DNA from: Clostridia bacterium
GTDB taxonomy: Bacteria > Bacillota > Clostridia > Christensenellales > Aristaeellaceae
Direction of reading: 5' to 3'
NCBI GenBank assembly: GCA_045617125.1
Contig: JAZLIA010000041.1
Coordinates: forward strand, 1-24,420
Length of the DNA: 24,420 nt
A model generated the notes under the pieces. That model ran no database searches, was not told where the DNA came from, and saw only the letters and a program-made list of their open reading frames with translations. A program made the position numbers and the translations under genes. Of the stretch, positions 9,648 to 16,977 are shown in pieces; positions within the stretch are counted from its first letter, which is position 1, and each line of letters starts with the position of its first letter.

Positions 9648-10531
9648 TCCGCTTCCTTCTCCGGTTCTTTTTCTTTTTTGGGAAGCATGCCAAAAAACGC
9701 GGTCCTTCCGTTTTCGCTGCTTACCGTAAGGTCGCCCCCCGCATCCCTTAAGATCTTCCTTGAGATATAAAGGCCCATCCCATGCCCCTCTCCCTTGGAA
9801 GAGAAGCCTGCATCAAACAAATGGGAAACATGCTTTTCCGGGATCAGCGGGCCGTTATTCTCCACTGTGAAGGCAAAGCGGGTCAGATCCTCCGTAAGGA
9901 TCACCCTGACGCAGGCGTCCTTCTGCCCCTTCATCGCATCCAGGGCATTGTCGATCAAATTGCCCAGCACCCGGCACATCTGCCAGTCCTCCACCGGCAG
10001 GTTTTTCCAGGCACACTTGGCCTCCAGGATAAACTCGGCCTTCTGGCGCTCGGCATCCCCCATTTTTGCCCGAAGCAGCGCGTTTACAGGTACATTCTGC
10101 GTGCGCAGGCTCTTTCCCAGGGCCTGAATATCCCCGTATACCTGATTGATATAGCTGCGCGCTTCATCATATTCCTCCATCTCCATCAGAGAATACACCA
10201 CTTGAAGATGATTGAGAAAATCATGCCTCTGAGAGCGGAGGGCGGTGTTCAGATCCGTCATCTGCTCCACAGTCTCATTCAATGCGCCGAAACGGCGAGA
10301 GATCCTGCCTGCCGCCACCGCTTCCCGAATATCCGCCGCGGCTCCCCAGATCACGATCAGAGCCAACACTGCGAGCAGGATCTCGCCCTGCAGGTTCCCA
10401 AGGGTATCCGTTCCCCCATCCAATATCACCCACACCAGAATTGCCAGCATCGCCAGGATCTGCAGTGCGTTGATCACGATGGCATACACCGCTGCCTTCC
10501 CGGCATCAACCTGTCCGATCGGTCTGCTCAT
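9644..10531 (-). CDS. Small membrane-anchored sensor histidine kinase (Spo0B/DcuS-type dimerisation helix plus GHKL ATPase); no cognate response regulator in the window
   Basis: Two N-terminal TM helices flank a ~12-residue loop. H-box RSQRHDFLNHLQVVYSL, N-box LGNLIDNALDA, G-box SSKGEGHGMGLYISRKIL. The track start at 10534 is TTG; I prefer the adjacent ATG at 10531, 7 nt after GGAGGAGG. Confidence 0.85.
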   Translation of the reverse strand: MSRPIGQVDAGKAAVYAIVINALQILAMLAILVWVILDGGTDTLGNLQGEILLAVLALIVIWGAAADIREAVAAGRISRRFGALNETVEQMTDLNTALRSQRHDFLNHLQVVYSLMEMEEYDEARSYINQVYGDIQALGKSLRTQNVPVNALLRAKMGDAERQKAEFILEAKCAWKNLPVEDWQMCRVLGNLIDNALDAMKGQKDACVRVILTEDLTRFAFTVENNGPLIPEKHVSHLFDAGFSSKGEGHGMGLYISRKILRDAGGDLTVSSENGRTAFFGMLPKKEKEPEKEAE

Positions 10532-10576
10532 CAAAACCCCTCCTCCGGGTAAATGTGCTTATCCGTTTTGATCCGC

Positions 10577-13500
10577 TCAGCGGATCACGGTTTTCATATC
10601 ACAGGAGGGAAGAAGATGCATCAGCTTCCCCTCCGCTTCTCTTCCGCTCCTTACCCACCATTCCCGGGGCGAGATCAGGGTGATGCCTTCCTCCGGGAGG
10701 TTGATATACACCGGTACCGGGCCGGGGGTCTCCATCAGCACCTTCCCGCATTCCTCCATCTGTTCCCGACGCATTCTCAGATACAGCTTTTCCTGAGCCG
10801 CTTTGGCCTGCTCTGCCACCGTGACCGGCCTGCTTTCCGTAAGTTTCTCCGTCTTCTCTTTTACAAGGGGCTCCACGGTGTCCACGATCACCTTGGGAGA
10901 ATCATCCTCCCGAACGGAAAGCTTTCCGTTCACCACCACGGCTGTATCGATACGCAGCTGACGCCCGTAGAGCTCATACACCCGCGGAAACAGCAGGCAT
11001 TCCGCCTGGCCCACCCGGTCCTCCAGCGTAAGGAAGCCCATCATGGTTCCCTTCTTGGTCGCCTTTGCATGAGTCTCGGTAACCAGGCCCGCCAGACGCA
11101 CTGCTTTTCCATCCAGAGAAAGGCCCTTATCCGGCATTTCCTCTGCCTCGATCAGGATGAGGGTGCTGTCCAGAAAGCGTTCCAGTTCTTTTTCGTATTC
11201 CTGTAGGGGATGGCCAGAAATGTAAATGCCGGTCATCTCTTTTTCCATCGTCAGCATTTCCCGGGCCGGGAATTCCGGCAAAGAAGGATATTCATCCCTG
11301 AGACGCATATCCTCCCCAGCCTGGCCCACGTCAAATAGCGATACCTGACCGGTCACATTCTGTTTCCGTTCATTGCTTCCCGAATCCATCGCGCTCTCGA
11401 ACACCGCCATGCACTGGCGGCGGTTGGCTCCCATGTTGTCGAAGCAGCCCGCACGGATCAGGCTTTCCACGGCACGCTTGTTGATATCCGCTCCCATGCG
11501 GCGGCAAAAATCAAACAGATCCTCAAAGTCTCCCCGACGGGTCCTTTCCTTCACCGCCAGGTCCACCGCGGTGTTTCCCACATTTTTGATACTGCCCATC
11601 CCGAAACGGATCGCGGGCTTTCCGTCCGGCCCGGTCTCCACTGAAAACTTTCTCCCGCTTTGATTGATGCGGGGCGGCAGCAGTGCAATGCCGTGCCTTT
11701 TACAGTAGTCGATATATCCCGCCACCTTGGCGGTGTTGCCGGAAACCGAGTTCATCGTGGCAGCCATCAGCTGGGCTGGAAAATGCCGCTTCAGCCAGGC
11801 CGTCTGCACAGCGACCACCGCATAGCAGGCCGCATGAGGCTTGTTGAAAGCATAGGACGCAAAGGCAGTCATCTCATCAAACAACTGTTCCGCCTTTTCC
11901 GCAGGAATGCCCCTGGCCACCGCGCCCGGTACGTGCTCCTCCTCGCTGCCGTAAACAAAGTTGCGGCGTTCCTTTGCCATCACGTCCTTTTTCTTCTTAG
12001 CCATCGCACGGCGCACAAGGTCGCTTCTTCCATAGGAATAACCCGCCAGATCCCGAACGATCTGCATCACCTGCTCCTGATACACCATGCACCCGTAGGT
12101 GACCTCCAGGATGGGGCGCAGCTCCTCCACCAGATACTGCACCTTTTCCGGATGCTGTTTCCCGGCGATATAGCGGGGAATGGATTCCATGGGGCCCGGG
12201 CGGTAAAGCGATATCGCGGCAATGATATCCTCAAAGCACTGCGGCTTCATGTTGGTAAGGAAGGTGCGCATGCCTCCGCCTTCCAGCTGGAACACGCCGT
12301 CTGTGTTGCCCTCCGAGATCATCTCATACACAGCCGGGTCATCCATCGGGATCTGTTCGGGGCGCATATCGGTTCCCGCTTCACGCATCATATCCAGCGT
12401 GTCCCGGATCACCGTGAGCGTACGCAGACCGAGAAAATCCATTTTAAGTAATCCCAGCTTTTCAATGATGCCCATAGGATACTGGGTGGTGATCACCTCG
12501 TCGTTTCGCTGCAGGGGCACTAATTGCGTGACCGGCCGTCCGGTGATCAGCACACCGGCAGCATGGGTGCTGGCATGACGCGGCATCCCCTCCAGAGAAA
12601 GGGAAATGTCGATCAGGCGTTTTACCCGTTCATCTTCCTCATACAGGTCCTTCAGTTCCCGGTTCAGCTCCATTGCCTTTTCCAGTGTCATTCCCAGATC
12701 CATCGGGATCAGCTTGGCCACCCTGTCACACTCCGCATAGGTGTAGCCCAGCACCCTTCCCACATCCCGCACCACACCTCTTGCAGCCATTGTGCCAAAG
12801 GTGATGATCTGACTCACATGGTCCTTCCCGTACTTTCGGGCCACATAATCGATCACCTCCTGACGGCGTTCATAGCAGAAATCCACATCGATATCAGGCA
12901 TGGACACCCGCTCCGGGTTGAGAAAACGCTCAAACAGCAGGTTATATTTCAAGGGATCCAGCATCGTGATGTTGAGACAGTATGCCACAATGCTTCCCGC
13001 ACCGCTTCCACGGCCCGGCCCCACCATGATGCCGTGAGCCTTGGCATAGTTGATAAAATCCCACACAATGAGGAAATAATCCACATATCCCATGCGGGTG
13101 ATCACACTCAGTTCATACTCCAGTCTTTCCCGTGCCACGGCGTTATCGGAACTGTACCTTTCATGAAAACCCTTTTCACACAGGGATCGCAGCATGGAGA
13201 GGGAGGTCTCCCCCTCCGGCACCTCATAATGCGGCAGCTTGGTCACACCAAACTCAAAATCCACCTTGCAGCGCCGGGCGATCTCCTCGCTCCGGTCCAC
13301 CGCATCGGGACAGGCCATAAACAGCCTGCGCATCTCCTCCTCGTTTTTCACATACAGTTCGGAGGTGTTCATGCGCATACGGGTATCATCATCCAGGGTC
13401 TTGCCGGTCTGGATGCACATCAGCACCTCCTGGGTGTCGGCATCCTCTTTTTTCAGATAGTGACAGTCATTGGTCGCCACCAGGGGCACCCCGGTCTTCC

Positions 13501-14074
13501 TGGAAAGCGCGATCAGGCGGGGAAGCACCTGTTTTTCCTCACGGATCCCGTGATCCATGATCTCGATGAAGAAATTGTTTTCCCCCATCATTTCGCGCAT
13601 CGTGTTCACATACTGCTCAGCTTCCAGGAGACGGTTATCCAGAAGCAATTTGGGAAGGTCGCCGCTCAGACACGCGCTCAGCGCGATCAATCCCTCATGA
13701 TGCTCCCGGAGGAGCTTATAATCGATCCTGGGTTTATAGTAGAACCCGTGCACAAAGCCTTCCGAGCACAGATACATCAGGTTTTCATATCCCGTCTCAT
13801 TTTCGCACAGCAATATGAGATGACTGTATTCCCTTGCTTCCGACTGCTTGTCATGCATATCCGGGCACAGATACATCTCGCATCCGATCACAGGATGAAT
13901 GCCGTTTTCCTTACAGGCCGTGTAAAATTCCACCGCACCGTACATGACCCCGTGATCAGTGATCGCGCAGGCATCCATGTTCATCCCCTTCAGCCGCCCC
14001 ATCAGATCCCGGATGCGGCAGGCCCCGTCCAGCAGACTGTATTCCGTATGCAGATGCAGATGCGCGAATGCCAT
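10577..14074 (-). CDS. dnaE: DNA polymerase III alpha subunit (DnaE type)
   Basis: PHP domain begins MAFAHLHLHTEYSLLDG. Palm motifs GPGRGSGAGS and MPDIDVDF, plus a C-terminal OB-fold region. Start moved to ATG 14074 (AAGGAG 6 nt upstream) because a near-consensus promoter lies inside the 27-codon extension of the track ORF. Confidence 0.95.
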   Translation of the reverse strand: MAFAHLHLHTEYSLLDGACRIRDLMGRLKGMNMDACAITDHGVMYGAVEFYTACKENGIHPVIGCEMYLCPDMHDKQSEAREYSHLILLCENETGYENLMYLCSEGFVHGFYYKPRIDYKLLREHHEGLIALSACLSGDLPKLLLDNRLLEAEQYVNTMREMMGENNFFIEIMDHGIREEKQVLPRLIALSRKTGVPLVATNDCHYLKKEDADTQEVLMCIQTGKTLDDDTRMRMNTSELYVKNEEEMRRLFMACPDAVDRSEEIARRCKVDFEFGVTKLPHYEVPEGETSLSMLRSLCEKGFHERYSSDNAVARERLEYELSVITRMGYVDYFLIVWDFINYAKAHGIMVGPGRGSGAGSIVAYCLNITMLDPLKYNLLFERFLNPERVSMPDIDVDFCYERRQEVIDYVARKYGKDHVSQIITFGTMAARGVVRDVGRVLGYTYAECDRVAKLIPMDLGMTLEKAMELNRELKDLYEEDERVKRLIDISLSLEGMPRHASTHAAGVLITGRPVTQLVPLQRNDEVITTQYPMGIIEKLGLLKMDFLGLRTLTVIRDTLDMMREAGTDMRPEQIPMDDPAVYEMISEGNTDGVFQLEGGGMRTFLTNMKPQCFEDIIAAISLYRPGPMESIPRYIAGKQHPEKVQYLVEELRPILEVTYGCMVYQEQVMQIVRDLAGYSYGRSDLVRRAMAKKKKDVMAKERRNFVYGSEEEHVPGAVARGIPAEKAEQLFDEMTAFASYAFNKPHAACYAVVAVQTAWLKRHFPAQLMAATMNSVSGNTAKVAGYIDYCKRHGIALLPPRINQSGRKFSVETGPDGKPAIRFGMGSIKNVGNTAVDLAVKERTRRGDFEDLFDFCRRMGADINKRAVESLIRAGCFDNMGANRRQCMAVFESAMDSGSNERKQNVTGQVSLFDVGQAGEDMRLRDEYPSLPEFPAREMLTMEKEMTGIYISGHPLQEYEKELERFLDSTLILIEAEEMPDKGLSLDGKAVRLAGLVTETHAKATKKGTMMGFLTLEDRVGQAECLLFPRVYELYGRQLRIDTAVVVNGKLSVREDDSPKVIVDTVEPLVKEKTEKLTESRPVTVAEQAKAAQEKLYLRMRREQMEECGKVLMETPGPVPVYINLPEEGITLISPREWWVRSGREAEGKLMHLLPSCDMKTVIR

Positions 14075-14122
14075 GTTCTTCTCCTTGCCCCGGCACGATT
14101 CCGGCAGATCAAATGTATCAAT

Positions 14123-14151
14123 ATTATAGCGGATTATAAATGAAAGGTCAA
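14123..14151 (-). promoter_or_regulatory. Near-consensus sigma-A-type promoter for dnaE
   Basis: Minus strand reads TTGACC (14151-14146), a 17-nt spacer, then TATAAT (14128-14123), about 50 nt upstream of ATG 14074. Confidence 0.6.
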
Positions 14152-14156
14152 ACATC

Positions 14157-14185
14157 TTGACAATCCGCCCATTTTGAGCTACTCT
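14157..14185 (+). promoter_or_regulatory. Candidate promoter for the 14242 gene, back-to-back with the dnaE promoter
   Basis: TTGACA (14157-14162), a 17-nt spacer, then TACTCT (14180-14185; TAnnnT retained). RBS AAAGGAGA precedes ATG 14242. Confidence 0.4.
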
Positions 14186-14241
14186 TTTTTCAAAGCATTC
14201 CTTATCCCCTTTATGCCGACCAAACGAAAGGAGATCTTCTC

Positions 14242-15018
14242 ATGCGGAAACGCGTTTGCATTCTCTGTTTCGCTCTTGTTTTGCTGTTTTCCATCTCCAC
14301 TGCCGCCTGTTCTGAAGAAAGCGCCAGTCTGGAGCTGATCCTGTGTGAGCTCTCAGAAAACGGCTGGGTGCGGGTCAGCTGGCAGGATCCTGACCGGAAC
14401 GGTCCCTACAGCCTTTCCTACATGGTGTCGGTAAGCGACGATATTGATGACCCGGCGCAGCGTCAGCGGCTGAGGTGGATCGCAGGCACCTCCATTTCCA
14501 GCCGTTCCCACATTTTTCAGGATCCCATTCCCGGAGTAAAGTACTGGTTCATCCTTTCAGACAGCGCAGGAAACACCGTGATGAAGCAGATGACCCCCGG
14601 AACAAAGCAGCCTTTTCCGCCGTTTGAGACCTGCAAGTTATACCCCCGGTGCCGTATGCTGCAGGATGACCGGCCCGTGAATATCGACTATTTTTCCGCT
14701 TCCTCGCTCACCTCAGGGAACGATGACGATTGCTACGGTCTTTATCTGCGTCTCGCTCACGATCAGGTGAGCCGTACAAATGACTATAATGGCCTTGTAG
14801 CCATTTACGATCCGAACGGCTACCCCATGACCACCGATGTGGATGTCTGGCAAATCGAAAGAAATGTGAACAAAACCGTGAATGAATTTCTGGACCTGAC
14901 CTGGTATTGGGAAAAGCTCACGCTGGAATACGGTTCCGTTCCAAAAGGCACCTACACCGTGGAGCTTTATCTCGACAGCTTCTTCGCCGGCAGCGGCACC
15001 TTCGAAGTAAAAAAATAA
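14242..15018 (+). CDS. Exported protein or possible lipoprotein, unknown function, beta-rich (FN3/Ig-like N-terminal module)
   Basis: Signal peptide MRKRVCILCFALVLLFSISTAAC|SEE (lipobox-like TAAC). Contains WVRVSWQDPDRNGPYSLSY (FN3-like). The C-terminal GTYTVELYLDSFFAGSGTFEV is typical of Ig-like sandwiches. Strong RBS, with its own promoter and terminator. Confidence 0.75.
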   Translation: MRKRVCILCFALVLLFSISTAACSEESASLELILCELSENGWVRVSWQDPDRNGPYSLSYMVSVSDDIDDPAQRQRLRWIAGTSISSRSHIFQDPIPGVKYWFILSDSAGNTVMKQMTPGTKQPFPPFETCKLYPRCRMLQDDRPVNIDYFSASSLTSGNDDDCYGLYLRLAHDQVSRTNDYNGLVAIYDPNGYPMTTDVDVWQIERNVNKTVNEFLDLTWYWEKLTLEYGSVPKGTYTVELYLDSFFAGSGTFEVKK

Positions 15019-15103
15019 AGAGAAGAAACAATCCGGCAGAAACTGATAAACACTGGAGACTTGAATCCCCCAGCCCTATAAGGCAGCTATTTGAAAGCAT
15101 GAA

Positions 15104-15149
15104 ACCCGCCGAAAAAGAGAATTTTCTCTTCGGCGGGTCATTTTGTTTT
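15104..15149. terminator. Strong rho-independent terminator at a convergent junction (probably bidirectional)
   Basis: ACCCGCCGAA (15104-15113) pairs with TTCGGCGGGT (15129-15138), with further inner pairing (AGAGAA/TTCTCT), followed by CATTTTGTTTT. On the other strand the flank is moderately U-rich. Confidence 0.7.
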
Positions 15150-15178
15150 GCAGCTGAATATTATCCGGCGGATCCGGG

Positions 15179-15724
15179 TCATTCTTTCCGGGCTATGCTA
15201 TCCAAAAATCCTTCCCAATTGTCAGTATAGCGTGTATTCCACGCAGCATGAGTGATCGATGAATACGGAATTTTCAAAGGTTCCTCCTGCCAGATCCCGT
15301 CGGCATCAAAATGCCGGAACACCAGATGATGCTTACGGACCTTTATGATCCTGCCTATTGCAAACAGCCCGTTCATTTCATCTTCGATGATAATGAAGCC
15401 TTTCAGCTCCTGCAGCGCGGTAAAAACCGATTTCCAGGAGGAAAGGTCGATGTTCGGATTGCGGATCTGATCTGTCACACCGTTCCATATATTGATCCTG
15501 GAGCATAAATCGTCCTTGATCTCCACTTTGGTTATGTTTGAAATTTTCCGAACATGATACCCATCCAATTGAAAATCGTTTTCTTCCTGAGCCAGTAAAA
15601 ACCTGTCAGTCACTTCATTCGGATAAAAATAATAATAGTACGAATCGTATTGGAACCAGACCCGGGCTATTTTTTTCGAATCCGCACACTCCCGAAGCAG
15701 ACGGATCTTCTTTTCTTTTTTCAA
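15179..15724 (-). CDS. Hypothetical cytoplasmic protein, 181 aa, AT-richer than its surroundings, TTG start overlapping the upstream stop
   Basis: TTG (15724-15722) overlaps the acyltransferase TGA (15723-15721), and there is no in-frame ATG for >100 codons. No signal peptide or TM. Two loosely similar halves (..FQLDGYHVRKISNITKVE.. and ..FDADGIWQEEPLKIPYSSITHAAW..). No family recognised. Confidence 0.6.
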   Translation of the reverse strand: MKKEKKIRLLRECADSKKIARVWFQYDSYYYYFYPNEVTDRFLLAQEENDFQLDGYHVRKISNITKVEIKDDLCSRINIWNGVTDQIRNPNIDLSSWKSVFTALQELKGFIIIEDEMNGLFAIGRIIKVRKHHLVFRHFDADGIWQEEPLKIPYSSITHAAWNTRYTDNWEGFLDSIARKE

Positions 15725-16974
15725 ACTTTGTCACCCTGACTTTCTTTCCGTTCCCGTTTTTTTCCTCCCTGCAGGATCAGCCGTGCCGCAGGCTTTTCCA
15801 CCAGATAAGTCATGATCACCGCGATCAACAAAGTGATGCCAAAAACAGCCAGGGTAAAGGTAAGCTGCCACGGCTGCTCGCGGTTAACATGAGGCTCTGC
15901 TGACAGGTAGGGCGGAAAGTGCCATTTTTTCAGCTGCACTGCCACTGCCTGGTGGAACATATAAAACGGGAAGGTGATGCCGCTCAGAAAACGCATGACC
16001 CGGTTTCCAAACAGAAACCGCACAGGAGCAATAGCAAAGGGAAGGTAGATCATCAAAAAGGATAAAAACACAGAAAAGGCAAAACGGCGCTGCATCTGCC
16101 CCAGACGCAGCTGATCCAGCCCATTGGAGGCTGCCTGCTCTTTCATGATGCGAATAATGGCAAGCACACACACAGCTGACATTGCGGTAAATAAAAGGCG
16201 AAGAAGGATGTTTCGCTTTTCCCCAATACGTTCCTTCATTCTATGGTAGAGCAAAGCCGCTGCGAAACCGTTGGCATACACATCCATAAATGCCGGAAGC
16301 TGATTGATCAGCAAAGTGGTATCCTGCTTGGTGGCAGCCCAATCCCGGTATGCAAAAGCGACCAGAGACATCAGGCACCAGGTGACCAGAGGTGATTTCT
16401 GAAATGCCCGGGATAAAAACGGAAACAACAAATAAAACTGCACTTCCACTGCCAAAGTCCACAGCACGCCGTTGAGCGGCGAACCCACATAGGTGTAAGC
16501 ATTCAGGTTGTGAACAAAAGTCATGTGTGCCAGCATATCGCCGATCCCCTGCCCGATGCCGGAATATTTCTTATCCGGCAGCACCACTACAAACAGCAGT
16601 ACGAACAGGCAAAGATAATAGGAGGGCACGATGCGGGCAAAGCGTTTCTTATAAAACGCTCCGGGCTTCACCTTTTTTCCCCCCGCACAGGGAAGAAACA
16701 GTAAAAAGCCGCTGAGCAGAAGCATCGCATCCACCCACTCATAACCGGAGCGCAATAAGAAGTCCAGGCTTACCCCGAAAGGCGCCGGGGTAAGCCAGCT
16801 CTGCTGCCAGATATGATACCAGGAAATGATCAGGATAAAAACCACCCGGAGACCGTAAAGCACATCCACCTCGCGGTCATTCTGCGACCCGGAATAGCGG
16901 TCATATCGCTGCTTCAGATCAGTTTTCCCTATTTTATGAAAGGCATTGTCTTCTTTCCGCACAGACTCGGCCAT
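15721..16974 (-). CDS. Acyltransferase family 3 (AT3) integral membrane O-acyltransferase, stand-alone (no SGNH domain)
   Basis: About 10 TM helices. N-terminal AT3-like signature VDVLYGLRVVFILIISWYHIW (conserved His in TM1). 417 aa. ATG 16974 lies 3 nt after the upstream stop, with AGGAGGA inside the upstream gene's 3' end. Confidence 0.85.
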   Translation of the reverse strand: MAESVRKEDNAFHKIGKTDLKQRYDRYSGSQNDREVDVLYGLRVVFILIISWYHIWQQSWLTPAPFGVSLDFLLRSGYEWVDAMLLLSGFLLFLPCAGGKKVKPGAFYKKRFARIVPSYYLCLFVLLFVVVLPDKKYSGIGQGIGDMLAHMTFVHNLNAYTYVGSPLNGVLWTLAVEVQFYLLFPFLSRAFQKSPLVTWCLMSLVAFAYRDWAATKQDTTLLINQLPAFMDVYANGFAAALLYHRMKERIGEKRNILLRLLFTAMSAVCVLAIIRIMKEQAASNGLDQLRLGQMQRRFAFSVFLSFLMIYLPFAIAPVRFLFGNRVMRFLSGITFPFYMFHQAVAVQLKKWHFPPYLSAEPHVNREQPWQLTFTLAVFGITLLIAVIMTYLVEKPAARLILQGGKKRERKESQGDKV

Positions 16975-16977
16975 CGT

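Noticed and set aside
9782-10552. 256-aa ORF antisense to the histidine kinase
   Set aside because: The minus-strand frame carries complete H/N/G kinase boxes, while the plus-strand product has no motifs and a biased composition.
10553-14143. Plus-strand ORFs antisense to dnaE (10553-11206, 11660-12451, 12524-14143; up to 539 aa)
   Set aside because: Same reasoning: they are shadow ORFs of a strongly supported minus-strand gene, His/Arg/Gly/Pro-biased, with no domain signatures.
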